Below are positions 34,901-51,164 of a stretch of DNA of 64,000 nt, piece by piece (within the stretch, counting starts at the first letter, position 1; every line of letters starts with the position of its first letter). Source of the DNA: Cyanophora paradoxa CCMP329 (Eukaryota; Plantae; Glaucophyta); contig QPMI01000496.1 in NCBI GenBank assembly GCA_004431415.1, positions 558,001 to 622,000 of the forward strand. The letters are read 5' to 3'. Below the pieces are notes generated by a model. It worked only from the letters and a program-made list of their open reading frames with translations. It did no database searches and had not been told where the DNA came from. Position numbers and translations under genes: made by a program.

Positions 34901-37900
34901 TCCTCCGGTGCGGCCCGGCCTCAGCTGCAACACCCTAGGCCTCGACTGCGATAAGATTTGCATATTTGGGGATTCCCTCACGATCGCCGCTCGCGCACGC
35001 GTGCAGGCGCCAGAAGATGTGCATGGAGGCCATCAACTCGTGGTGCGCGGCCACGCGCTCGACACTTGTCAATTGCAATTGCAAGGGTCGGGCCAAGCTG
35101 ACGAGGGCGCGCGCGTGCACGCAGGCAGAAGATCCCGTTCCCGGCCCTCTTCAAGCAGAGCCCGGAGGCACTCCCGAAGCTCTCCGCCGACCCCGCCTTC
35201 GTCAAGTCCTGCGACGACATGGAGGCCGCCATCCGGGTCCGCATTAATAATTAGACCCGATGCTTGCTTCTGGCTTGCTTGTTTACAACATTCATAAGGC
35301 CTCTCATGCGCCAAGCACTTGACGCTTGAATAAGCTCAGCAAAAACATAAAATCGCGCGCTTCTCGTTTCATTATTTAAGCAAGCGTTTACGTAGAGCTT
35401 TCTCTCGCCACTAATATGTTATTCTAATATTCTCTGTCCCTCCAGTTCGACGCAGAGGCGGCCCGGCTGCACACGCAGCTCACGCTGCGCGCCGACAAGT
35501 ACAAGGAAGGCGCGTGGAGCTGCTGCGGGCTATCGTACCGCTTGGCGGCCCCCTCAGGCTTCTAACCTTGCGATATTAATCCTGCAGCGCTGGGATTCGA
35601 CGCGGGGACGAAGTGGGTGGACACGCGGGATGTGCACCTGAAGGGCGTCCCAAAGGAGAACCGCACCAAGGCCGAGGCCGTGCTCCTCGTCCGTTTAATT
35701 AATTTCGAGCTTGATTTGCTTTCGTTCGTTCTGTTATAATGAAGCTGAGTGATTTCTGTATCTAGCACGGTTTCGCGCTCGAGGAGGCGTTTGATTGGCT
35801 GAAAAAGGCGGAACCCGAGACGGCGAAGAGGACCAACTACACGGTGAGCACTCCGCATTTATCGCCGCGTACATTGTTCGAGATATTAATTCGCGGTGAT
35901 CAATATAATCTTTTTAATTAGGTGGCGGACATGTTCCACATCCCGACCTCCATGTCTCGCCTCTGGCCGTGGCGATCGAAGCGGGACATCGCCGACTCGG
36001 CCCGTCAAAGCACAGGCAAAGGCGACACACCGTTCCTCAAGCCCACCCCCGAACAGGTTTGGTTTGACAAATCTGACAAGCAAAAGCATTCGCGTGCTCA
36101 CCTATCAGCGGCCGCGGCTCGTCGGCGTCGGCAGGTCGTGCTCATCCGCCACAGCCTGAAGCACGAGGTTCGCAAGAAGCGGACGATTGCGATCATCGCC
36201 GCCGTCATCGCGTCCGGTGAGTAATCGCTTCGTTTCAAATATAATTCAGGCGATCAGCTAACGTGCATGCCGGCGCAGCGCTCCTCGCGGCCGCCATTGT
36301 GTCCATCGTATTCGCGAGTGCGATCGATATCCTTGTTGCTGAACTCCCCGCCGTCGAGGCCCGTCTACGTATATTGACGATCGCGGCGGCGCAGTCAGCG
36401 CCGCGCAGCAGAAAGCGGAGGCGGAGACGCAGTCGCGGCGCGCCTCGGAGGAGGCGAAGCGCGCCACCGAGGCCGCGCAGCGCGCCCTGGAGCAGGAGGC
36501 GCTGGCGACCCTCAACGCCGCCCGCGCCCTCAACGCCTCCATCCTCGCCGAGCAGAGGGCCAACGAGGCGCTGGCCAACCTGCAGCGGGCCACGGCGGCA
36601 GAGGCGGAGGCCAGGAACCAGAGCGCCATCGCGAGGGCGAACGAGCTGCTGGCGCTCGCCGCGCAGAACGAGACCGCCCTGGCGCTCCTCGCCGCGCAGA
36701 AAGCGCAGAACGAAACCGCAAAGGCGCTCCTCGCGACCCAAGCCGCGCAAAGCGAGACCGCAAAGGCGCTCGTGGCGGCGCAAGTTGCGCAGAACGAGAC
36801 GGCGAAGGCGCTCGTGGCGACGCAGGCGGCCCTGGCCGAGGCGCAGGACCGACAGGCGATCTCCGCGGCGCTCTCCAACAGCGGCTCGGACCCGGAGGCC
36901 GCCCTGCTCTTCGCGATGGAGGCGCTCGCGTCGGCGGTCACGCGCACGAACGCGGCGCTGACGACCGCCGCCGAGTCGACGCTCCGCTCCGTGCTCGAGT
37001 CGGGCGCGAGCGGCTACCTCTGGACGGGCGGCTCGACCCCCGCTCGGCGCCGGGAGCGCCGGGCGCGCTCCCTGCTCGAGGTGGATAGCTACTCCACCAT
37101 CGCCGACTTCGCCACGGGAAGTTCTTTCTACGACTTTCAGGTTCGAATTCTCGAAATGGAACCCTGCGCATTAATGTTTCACGCCATGTCTATCGTTCTA
37201 AATTGCATGCGCAATTTCCGTCAGACGTTCACTGCGACGTCTCCGCGCGGGACACTTACGATCTATGCCGGGGTCGGCGTTGTCGCTCCGACCGCAACCA
37301 GCACCGACGTCAACAGCCCCACTCAGACTTTCCAGGTATACGCAGACTTGATCATCGAATCATGGCATTATAATTACCACCCGAGGTTTCAGCTGAAGCT
37401 GATTTCTTCCATACATAAACATAGATGCACCTGCTGGGCCAAGTCTACGACGACTCGAACAAGTTGGTTTACACGATCCGGGACGCCCTCGTCGGCTCCG
37501 CCAACAAGTCCAGCTACTGGGCCTTCTCGCTCGGCTCCATCCGCTTCTTCGTCGACGACTACGGCGACGTCGTGGTGCGTAGGCATATAAACAATGATAG
37601 GACTTGCTGGCTGTAATTTCGACTTACTTCCCATTAATTTTCCAATGTGCACTTCCTTCGTCCTTGAATAGATGCACGTGAAGCGACTTGGGCCCGAGAC
37701 GCCTGTCTGCACTGACCTTCCGAAGGACACGGAGGGCATCGGGTGCGCATTCTTTTTATATATAGCTATATATCTATAGAATATATATAAAAGAATGCCT
37801 CTCGCATCTCGCCCATTGCCTCTCGGCAGCTGCCTACCACGCACAACCTCGACGGTTTTCATCTACAGCGGGAGGCGCCCGGACGAGCGCGGGTGCCTGA

Positions 37901-40900
37901 AAAAGGACGGAATGATCGCGAGCGACGCCAGCTTCCTGCTCGAAACGCATGACGTCTTCGTCGGTACGTGACTTCAGCGCGATCGCGAAGCCGTCAACGC
38001 AGGGAATAGATTTTCTGACAGCCTTCACTCAGCGTCGAACGTCGTCGCGTTCTTCACGGGAGAGACAAAGGGGGCCACACCGTGGAGAGGCGTAGAGGAT
38101 ATATTCAAGAACACGAATACGGCAAAGGGGGAAGCGAGGCCCCGCAACGTCATGCGCATCCACCGCGGACAGCTGTCGTTTGCAGATGCCCCTGCTCCGT
38201 TGTACCAAGGTCAGTGCTTGCTTTATACGCCTGCGTGCAATCTCGTTAATCGCAAGTGCCTGCTTGGCGCACAGGGTACCTCCCGAACACGCCCGAGCTA
38301 TGCCATTTTATAATTACTGCTGAATCGTGGATCACGATTGAGCTTCCTGAGAGCCCCCTTCGCGGCTTGGAAAACCCGGCGGCTCTGGCAGAGGAAAAAA
38401 CGTGGCGGACGAAAATGGCGTACGGCTATCCGTTCGCGAACCCGGTCGCAGTTGCACAGCGCACGTGCAGCCGCGGCAGCGAAAAGTACCTCGCGGCGGC
38501 GGTCGCTACCGGCAAGTCCTTCTCATCCGATACGACGGCAGCAGGAGGAACAGTTGAATCGTACAACGCCGACACCAGTCGAACGTTGAAGGTCATTCTC
38601 ATACCAATGGCGACGCTGACAGACGCAAGTAAAACAGCTGCCGACGTGTTTAGCTCCATGCAGCTAAAGGAGAGCACCGGCCTCGCGCCTGTGGGCGGCG
38701 ACTTTGCCTCCGATTCACTGGAAACACCTGCAGTACCAGATTTCATCCATAATCTTGGAAAGTTCTCGTTCATGGTCGGCATCACCGACCTCGACGTGTC
38801 CGACAATTGTTCCTGGATCGCTGGGATCCTGCAGGTCCACGGACCGGGCTCGGTCGAAACTACCTACTCGCTTTTCGGCTACGGTAGCACGGCAGTGGCG
38901 TACCATCTCGTCAGGTGCGGATGCAGAACTGCTGTAAAGCAAACTAGCGACGACATCGCCCTCCCTTCCACGTTTGCTCGCATGCATTCGGAGATTCACA
39001 TGCCCCATCGATACCCTCAGAGCGCAGCTAACATGGGCGGGCGGCTCCCTCACAAAGAGCTCCGTGTGGATGTACGTCAGCCCGATCCACAACTCGTTGC
39101 GGAACTTCGCTTCGCTCACATGCTGGGACGTCACTCAATTCAATCTGTGGCGGCTTAAGAATAATCTTATCGGTACTGGGGCCCTTGCGTGTTTACGAGA
39201 CGGACCAACCCCGACTTCCTGAACGAGGATGCCAACAACGTAAAGGCCGCGGATCCGGATCTCATCCTCGTCGGCATTGTAAAGGACGATCCGGACGCCA
39301 ATACACTAGGCGCAGGCCAGCCGGCGGGCGGATACGGCGCGCTCCTTCTTCGCAAGGCGGGTCACAAGACCTCTGGCCTTTGCGTCCGCCAGCAGCTGGT
39401 GTTCATGCCGTTCTCAACCAGCCTCCCTTCTTTGTACCGGTGCGGTTGCACCCGCGGCCGCCGTTTCGTGCAATGTGCTTGCGATTGCAATATTAATTGC
39501 AATCATTGGGCTCTTCGAACTAAACAGCAAAATCGCCGAGTTGGATTGCGGGCAGAGTACACTGGCTCACCGAATGACCTTCGCCGGAAAGCCATGTCGG
39601 TGCGCGCCCGAATGACCTTCGCCACGGGCTCGGCGCCCACATTTAGTGTATATATATTGGCTTTAGCGCTGATCGCTAGCTTCGCGCAGGTCTCTGTTAT
39701 CGACGGGGGACCGTTCATTACGGTGGGCGGCTCTGCTGGAGGCATCGAGTTCTACGATTTGCGGACCCCGCAAGACCTCTTGACGACCAAGACCGTGCGA
39801 ATTGAATTGAGATGTTCGATCTGCTAAGCCATGGCCAGACAGTGCTCATGGTCACCTCTGGGCAGGCTGAGGTTGTGTCGCTGTCGGGAAGAGTGCGCAC
39901 AATCAAGTACACGCCGCTCGCTCCCGGAACCGGGTACCGGTCGACCCTCGTTGCCGCCGACGACGCGGGCAACTTCGCGCGACTGGAGCTGAAGAGCACA
40001 ACCTCTACGACTCCTATTCGGAAGAAGGTGATTCAATGATTATCTTTAGCTTCTTCTAAGCTTCTTATCTTAAGCTTGAATGCTTATGTAATCAAGCACA
40101 GGGCCCCAATGTTCTCGACGCCGAGGTCGCCGACAACACATTGGATCCGGAAAGCTCGACACGGTCTTGGATTGCCAAACTGGGCGCTTCTTTCGCCAAC
40201 GTGGACAACCTGGGGCCGAACCGCGCACTTTTCCTCAAAAGCCCTACGATGTGCCATCTCTTTGTGACTGGGCAGAAGCGCGCCATGTACTGGGACGTGG
40301 ATGTTGCCGGCGGCGCTCTTGCGTCCATGACGCAACTCACGCAGCTGATCAAGCCGTTCGAACTTAAAGCACTTCAGCATTCCCTGGGAATTGATGGATC
40401 TCGAAAGTGGGTAGTTCTTTGATTCATGATCATTGTTCATGTGCGATGACGAGCTGACACCAACTGGCTCTAGGTCAACGACTTTGGACGGGCAAATGTG
40501 TGATGATTGCAACGATGACACCAAAAACTATCGCTGTGAGTCGTGCTCGTGCATGTTCTCGTTAAAATCAATAGAACCTGATAGATGAATTTAGGATTAT
40601 AATACGTATTCTGTATAATTATAATGTATATTCTGATGCGCGCATACGCAGTCTTCGGAGTGCACCAGCCAACGGGCAACCTAATGGCTTTAAGTGCGAC
40701 GGGAGGGACACTCTACACGGGCGACGGTCGCTGCGCAGAAAACCAGGCGTCGCGCATAGCCCCATCAAAAACATGGTGCCAACTGCTTCTGTCTTTTAGA
40801 TCAGAGTATAATAGCGCTAGCAGAGATGCATTGCGCTTACGTCACGCTCGAAATCAAATTGCAGGAGTTGGATGGCGAAACCGGAGGCTTTACCTTGGAC

Positions 40901-43900
40901 TGCGACTCGGAACACGGTGGACGCAAACGCCCCGAAGGTCATCTTCTCCGATGCCTTCGCGCCGTTCATGGGCGCGGCGGCGGAGCCCCCGACGGCCGGC
41001 TTCAACTCCGTTATACAGTCTATCACCAACAACCCGGAAGAAGCCTACTCTGTCGCCGTCTCCTCTGGCCCCGTCCACGGGGACAGCAACGACCTCAGCC
41101 TCCCGTCCCAGTACTTCCCGAGTGCGCAAGAGAACGCCGAGCCGCTGGCGTTCCACGAGTCCAGCTGGGCCGCCATGGCCGGCGTGCTCTACCCGCTCGA
41201 CCAGGTGCGCAGGCTCCAAGCGAGTGCTTTGAATGTGAACGTGCTTTGTCGTTGATTTTTTCTAAATCGCAATTGCAAATGCAGGGCGTTCCAGTCGCGA
41301 GCTCCGCGGTCTCCGTGTTCGAGATGAATCCCGCGCTTCGAAGCGCGTTCGTGCCGAAGCACAAGGACCACCCGGACGTCTGGGCCGACTTCCTGAACCC
41401 GGATGACACTTTCAAGGCTCCGCCGACCCTCAGCGCCTACACGGCGCGCTACCCCTATGTTCACCTGACCGGTGCGCTGGCAGCACGTGCACGATGCATA
41501 TTTATCATACTCCAGTATGATATGAAGCTTAAGAGTGTTGCGCATGCAGACGTCCAGCACGCGGCGGGATTTTCTGGCGACGGGCTAAACTGCGCCTTCT
41601 GCTTCTCTTATGTGAGCCACGCGCGCTTTCAAATTTGAAGTCGTCGTCGCGCAATTTGATTGCGATTGAACTCGAAAATGCGCGCCTCGCAGTTCTATTA
41701 CGCGGCACAGGGTGCTGGTCAAGTGGCTTGGGATCAATACGTCTACCAGAACAGCGATGAACAGTGTCCGCTCTCTCCTACCTTAACGTGCTTGTTTCAG
41801 CAGGAGAGGAGCTACAGCGCCGCGGAGCGCGTCGTCGTGATGCTGGCCTCTCGCCCATCCGCCACTGTGCGCTCTGCACACTTGTCTGTAGATTCGGGAG
41901 TCGGAGCTGTGAACCTAAGCCTCGCGCGCAGTCCTCGGTGTGGACGTCGGCGGGGGCGGCTTTCCTGCCCACTTGGAGCGGCCCGAAGCAGCGCGCTTGC
42001 CGCAGGGTCCTCTTCTGGGGCTCCATCGCCGTCCTGGACATGCGCGCCGCCTCCTCGCCGCAAGTGCCTGCTTGGCGCACAGGGTACCTCCCGAACACGC
42101 CCGAGCTATGCCATTTTATAATTACTGCTGAATCGTGGATCACGATTGAGCTTCCTGAGAGCCCCCTTCGCGGCTTGGAAAACCCGGCGGCTCTGGCAGA
42201 GGAAAAAACGTGGCGGACGAAAATGGCGTACGGCTATCCGTTCGCGAACCCGGTCGCAGTTGCACAGCGCACGTGCAGCCGCGGCAGCGAAAAGTACCTC
42301 GCGGCGGCGGTCGCTACCGGCAAGTCCTTCTCATCCGATACGACGGCAGCAGGAGGAACAGTTGAATCGTACAACGCCGACACCAGTCGAACGTTGAAGG
42401 TCATTCTCATACCAATGGCGACGCTGACAGACGCAAGTAAAACAGCTGCCGACGTGTTTAGCTCCATGCAGCTAAAGGAGAGCACCGGCCTCGCGCCTGT
42501 GGCGGCGACTTTGCCTCCGATTCACTGGAAACACCTGCAGTACCAGATTTCATCCATAATCTTGGAAAGTTCTCGTTCATGGTCGGCATCACCGACCTCG
42601 ACGTGTCCGACAATTGTTCCTGGATCGCTGGGATCCTGCAGGTCCACGGACCGGGCTCGGTCGAAACTACCTACTCGCTTTTCGGCTACGGTAGCACGGC
42701 AGTGGCGTACCATCTCGTCAGGTGCGGATGCAGAACTGCTGTAAAGCAAACTAGCGACGACATCGCCCTCCCTTCCACGTTTGCTCGCATGCATTCGGAG
42801 ATTCACATGCCCCATCGATACCCTCAGAGCGCAGCTAACATGGGCGGGCGGCTCCCTCACAAAGAGCTCCGTGTGGATGTACGTCAGCCCGATCCACAAC
42901 TCGTTGCGGAACTTCGCTTCGCTCACATGCTGGGACGTCACTCAATTCAATCTGTGGCGGCTTAAGAATAATCTTATCGGTACTGGGGGCCCTTGCGTGT
43001 TTACGAGACGGACCAACCCCGACTTCCTGAACGAGGATGCCAACAACGTAAAGGCCGCGGATCCGGATCTCATCCTCGTCGGCATTGTAAAGGACGATCC
43101 GGACGCCAATACACTAGGCGCAGGCCAGCCGGCGGGCGGATACGGCGCGCTCCTTCTTCGCAAGGCGGGTCACAAGACCTCTGGCCTTTGCGTCCGCCAG
43201 CAGCTGGTGTTCATGCCGTTCTCAACCAGCCTCCCTTCTTTGTACCGGTGCGGTTGCACCCGCGGCCGCCGTTTCGTGCAATGTGCTTGCGATTGCAATA
43301 TTAATTGCAATCATTGGGCTCTTCGAACTAAACAGCAAAATCGCCGAGTTGGATTGCGGGGCAGAGTACACTGGCTCACCGAATGACCTTCGCCGGAAAG
43401 CCATGTCGGTGCGCGCCCGAATGACCTTCGCCACGGGCTCGGCGCCCACATTTAGTGTATATATATTGGCTTTAGCGCTGATCGCTAGCTTCGCGCAGGT
43501 CTCTGTTATCGACGGGGGACCGTTCATTACGGTGGGCGGCTCTGCTGGAGGCATCGAGTTCTACGATTTGCGGACCCCGCAAGACCTCTTGACGACCAAG
43601 ACCGTGCGAATTGAATTGAGATGTTCGATCTGCTAAGCCATGGCCAGACAGTGCTCATGGTCACCTCTGGGCAGGCTGAGGTTGTGTCGCTGTCGGGAAG
43701 AGTGCGCACAATCAAGTACACGCCGCTCGCTCCCGGAACCGGGTACCGGTCGACCCTCGTTGCCGCCGACGACGCGGGCAACTTCGCGCGACTGGAGCTG
43801 AAGAGCACAACCTCTACGACTCCTATTCGGAAGAAGGTGATTCAATGATTATCTTTAGCTTCTTCTAAGCTTCTTATCTTAAGCTTGAATGCTTATGTAA

Positions 43901-46900
43901 TCAAGCACAGGGCCCCAATGTTCTCGACGCCGAGGTCGCCGACAACACATTGGATCCGGAAAGCTCGACACGGTCTTGGATTGCCAAACTGGGCGCTTCT
44001 TTCGCCAACGTGGACAACCTGGGGCCGAACCGCGCACTTTTCCTCAAAAGCCCTACGATGTGCCATCTCTTTGTGACTGGGCAGAAGCGCGCCATGTACT
44101 GGGACGTGGATGTTGCCGGCGGCGCTCTTGCGTCCATGACGCAACTCACGCAGCTGATCAAGCCGTTCGAACTTAAAGCACTTCAGCATTCCCTGGGAAT
44201 TGATGGATCTCGAAAGTGGGTAGTTCTTTGATTCATGATCATTGTTCATGTGCGATGACGAGCTGACACCAACTGGCTCTAGGTCAACGACTTTGGACGG
44301 GCAAATGTGTGATGATTGCAACGATGACACCAAAAACTATCGCTGTGAGTCGTGCTCGTGCATGTTCTCGTTAAAATCAATAGAACCTGATAGATGAATT
44401 TAGGATTATAATACGTATTCTGTATAATTATAATGTATATTCTGATGCGCGCATACGCAGTCTTCGGAGTGCACCAGCCAACGGGCAACCTAATGGCTTT
44501 AAGTGCGACGGGAGGGACACTCTACACGGGCGACGGTCGCTGCGCAGAAAACCAGGCGTCGCGCATAGCCCCATCAAAAACATGGTGCCAACTGCTTCTG
44601 TCTTTTAGATCAGAGTATAATAGCGCTAGCAGAGATGCATTGCGCTTACGTCACGCTCGAAATCAAATTGCAGGAGTTGGATGGCGAAACCGGAGGCTTT
44701 ACCTTGGACTGCGACTCGGAACACGGTGGACGCAAACGCCCCGAAGGTCATCTTCTCCGATGCCTTCGCGCCGTTCATGGGCGCGGCGGCGGAGCCCCCG
44801 ACGGCCGGCTTCAACTCCGTTATACAGTCTATCACCAACAACCCGGAAGAAGCCTACTCTGTCGCCGTCTCCTCTGGCCCCGTCCACGGGACAGCAACGA
44901 CCTCAGCCTCCCGTCCCAGTACTTCCCGAGTGCGCAAGAGAACGCCGAGCCGCTGGCGTTCCACGAGTCCAGCTGGGCCGCCATGGCCGGCGTGCTCTAC
45001 CCGCTCGACCAGGTGCGCAGGCTCCAAGCGAGTGCTTTGAATGTGAACGTGCTTTGTCGTTGATTTTTTCTAAATCGCAATTGCAAATGCAGGGCGTTCC
45101 AGTCGCGAGCTCCGCGGTCTCCGTGTTCGAGATGAATCCCGCGCTTCGAAGCGCGTTCGTGCCGAAGCACAAGGACCACCCGGACGTCTGGGCCGACTTC
45201 CTGAACCCGGATGACACTTTCAAGGCTCCGCCGACCCTCAGCGCCTACACGGCGCGCTACCCCTATGTTCACCTGACCGGTGCGCTGGCAGCACGTGCAC
45301 GATGCATATTTATCATACTCCAGTATGATATGAAGCTTAAGAGTGTTGCGCATGCAGACGTCCAGCACGCGGCGGGATTTTCTGGCGACGGGCTAAACTG
45401 CGCCTTCTGCTTCTCTTATGTGAGCCACGCGCGCTTTCAAATTTGAAGTCGTCGTCGCGCAATTTGATTGCGATTGAACTCGAAAATGCGCGCCTCGCAG
45501 TTCTATTACGCGGCACAGGGTGCTGGTCAAGTGGCTTGGGATCAATACGTCTACCAGAACAGCGATGAACAGTGTCCGCTCTCTCCTACCTTAACGTGCT
45601 TGTTTCAGCAGGAGAGGAGCTACAGCGCCGCGGAGCGCGTCGTCGTGATGCTGGCCTCTCGCCCATCCGCCACTGTGCGCTCTGCACACTTGTCTGTAGA
45701 TTCGGGAGTCGGAGCTGTGAACCTAAGCCTCGCGCGCAGTCCTCGGTGTGGACGTCGGCGGGGGCGGCTTTCCTGCCCACTTGGAGCGGCCCGAAGCAGC
45801 GCGCTTGCCGCAGGGTCCTCTTCTGGGGCTCCATCGCCGTCCTGGACATGCGCGCCGCCGTCCTCGCCGTCCCCGTCGTCAACGGCGCGCTCGACACCGG
45901 CCGGAGCGTGCAGGTCGAGCAGAGGACGCGCGCCGCCCCGCCCGACGCCACGTTGCCCGACCCTCCCTGCGACGCGGAAGGCCTCCACAGCGACCCGGGC
46001 ACCGGTACCGGTACGAAGAGGCGGCGAAGGACCGCGGCCGAGACCGCCGCGACGCGAGCCTGCACCAAGTACCGCGAGGCGAAGAACCGAATCACGAAGA
46101 ACCAGCGGAGCGGTCCCGGCTTCCCGGACGCCTCGGTGTACGTCTCGACGGCCTCCGTCCTCTGGCTCGTCGACGCGACGGGCGCGCGGGCCTACAAGAC
46201 ATTCGAGGCGCTGTCCGGCCGCCCCCAGAGCCCGGACATCCTCATCGAGTTCTCGAAGTACCCGCCCCGCGCCTCGCGCAACGGTGCGGCCCCTTTAATT
46301 TCCCGCACCCCGTTGCCGTGCCATTTGAATTCATGATCATTGATCATGAGTTTTCGGGCTGGCTAACGTTTTCCATTGCAGGCCGCTTCGTCGCGGTGTG
46401 GAAAACCGCAACGTTCTTGCAGGTCCGCGCGCTGAATTTAATTTCTTCAAGAGGCCTCGCGGCCGAATTCGCGCCGCAGTGCAAGCGGCAGACTCTAGAT
46501 CTTGAGAGCTTGCCCGACTGAACGGCCCTTCATTCCCGCAGATCTACGACCTGGAGCTGGGCGCCGAGGCCGCGGACTACGCGCGGCCCGTCCCCGTCGA
46601 CGCCTCCTTCGTCAACCCACTCTCGGCCCTCCCCGCCTACGTCTCCGTCTCCGACGACGGGTGCGCATAACAATTTGAACTTAATCCGAGCGTCCTAGCG
46701 TTGGCGCTGACTCGCTGCGCCTCTGCCGCAGGGCGTACCTCGCCATCCGCCACCTGACCGCCGACTCCAAGTTCGGCCTCCGCGTGATGGACGTCTCCCG
46801 CGAGGCGCTGCTCCGCGCCAGCTGCGGCGTCGTCAGCCGCGGCTTCGACGCCGACGAGCTGACCGGCGTCTACGGCTCCTCGTTCAACCGCACCACCCGC

Positions 46901-47512
46901 GTCGCGACGACCGCGTGCTCGAGCTCGGGAACCAGCGGCACCCCCGCTACGCAGCGCGTCCGGCGGCCCGCGGGCGCCGTCGCCAGACGGGCCCCCCCCA
47001 GCAAGCCGGTCGTGGTGGCCGGCTCGTGGAAGGGATCCGAGCTGCGCGTCTTCGTCCACAACCGCCGCAGCGGCGACGCGATCGCGACGGAGGCGAACGT
47101 CACCTGCGTGCCCGACGCGGCGGCCGCGGCCGCGGGGGCGAAGGTCCTGTCGGGCGCGGCGCCCATGAACTTCAGCATCCAGCCGCGCGTGAACTCCCGC
47201 ATCGCCGCGCCCGGCCAGTCCCTGGACGACTGGGACGCCAACCTGTACTACATGTCCCGCTCCGTCCCCCCGCACATCGTTGCCGAGTTCCTGTTCACGG
47301 ACGCGGCGCCCGACACGGCGTACACGTGCACGGCGACCGTGAGGAGCGGCGCCGGCTTCGGCGACGCGGCCGCCGTGACGGCCAGGACGCAGGCGGCGGC
47401 GTACGCGGGCCCCCCGGCCCCCCGGCCGTCCAGCATCTCCAAGAATTCGTACTGCCAATCCGCCGTCCAGTCCAACGCGGCCGCGGCCGCAAAATGCCCG
47501 GTAGTCGTTTAA
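31968..47512 (+). CDS. TIR-TIR-transmembrane-coiled-coil-beta-propeller-like giant protein (predicted type II membrane receptor) with C-terminal FN3-like segment
   Basis: TIR1 ~32515-33520 (YYDA|ALSFAR...GLK|CWYD...EIAAAIEGCECLVVIATP|EWFHSP|ACLTELEHAAWLGKRLL). TIR2 ~34070-34850 (LDVMVSYR|R...GLT|YWVD...AIKGASTMVVLLTP|DWIQSQYC|IDEFEYACAQHKRVVVV). Linker RLHTQLTLRA...LL|HGFALEEAFDWL...PTPEQ|VVLIRHS, then RKKR and a hydrophobic helix TIAIIAAVIAS|ALLAAAIVSIVFA (~36180-36320), an Ala-rich coiled coil and DPEAALLFAMEA. WD/propeller-like strands follow (FITVGGSAGGIEFYDL; VSVSDDG|AYLA), then FTDAAPDTAYTCTATVRSGAGFG and a stop at 47512. Confidence 0.8.
36661..36828 (+). repeat. Four tandem 42-bp coding repeats (AQNETAKALxAxQx; two heptads each)
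   Basis: gcgcagaacgagaccgcc... unit repeated four times at 42-bp spacing; three units carry an N-E-T sequon. Confidence 0.85.
38253..45869. repeat. Near-perfect tandem duplication of ~3.81 kb (38253-42060 and 42061-45869) inside the TIR-TIR gene
   Basis: Offset ~3808 bp. The only differences seen are single-G indels (near 38692/42501, 39178/42985, 39550/43358, 41079/44888 and beside the junction at ~42051/45860). Confidence 0.95.
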
Positions 47513-48349
47513 TTTAAGATACTATAGCTAGAATTCGAACTTGACTCAGCGAGATCGATCATCGTCGTCCCATATGCATAAATTCAAAGCGTGTCACGTA
47601 ATCGTAGTATAATTATATAATGCGTAAAAGTAATTATAATTGTAGAAGATTCTGAGCCCCTGTGATCATGAGTAACAGTTCTTGATCATGATCATGCATA
47701 TGAGCTCTAGGTGTTGTACGTGTACATGTAGAAATAGCTCTTAACTTCCTTTTGACGTAGAACGTATACGTAGTCGACGCCCATATTCGAATTCATATTC
47801 ACATTAATACTCATATTGAACTACGTGTCGCACTCGACCCCTTGAAAAACCTACTAACTATATAGAGTGAACAAGTACTAGTGTACGCTGTTCTCGTCGC
47901 CTTCTAGTCAGTTCTGTAGACTCTGAATTATTTACTAGTCGACAGGTGTAAACTCAGTGATACTCTAAGAAAAATTTCAACCTTCAACTATCGAAAAAGA
48001 AATCACTAACAAAGAACAGCGCAGTAATCGTACAACATGCTCATGGGAAGTACGAGGACTAACGACTAATGATTATACACCGTGGCACTGTGACACGACT
48101 AATGATTCGATGATAGATCGCATGATCATGATCCAGCCTATTAGATTCGATTTCCGCATGAGAAAGATGTGTTCGAAAACCGCGAGAAGGATATTACTAC
48201 CTACGGGGGGCTCGGCCCACCGTAGTCTCTCCTAAAAAAGATATTCTCTGCGACAGAGATTGGGACGAAAGATCTCACATGAGAGAAAGGATGTTCGACG
48301 CCCCCCCATGACAGAGACTAAAAGACTCGCTCGGTTGAAACACGACAGC

Positions 48350-51164
<2,815 letters not shown>

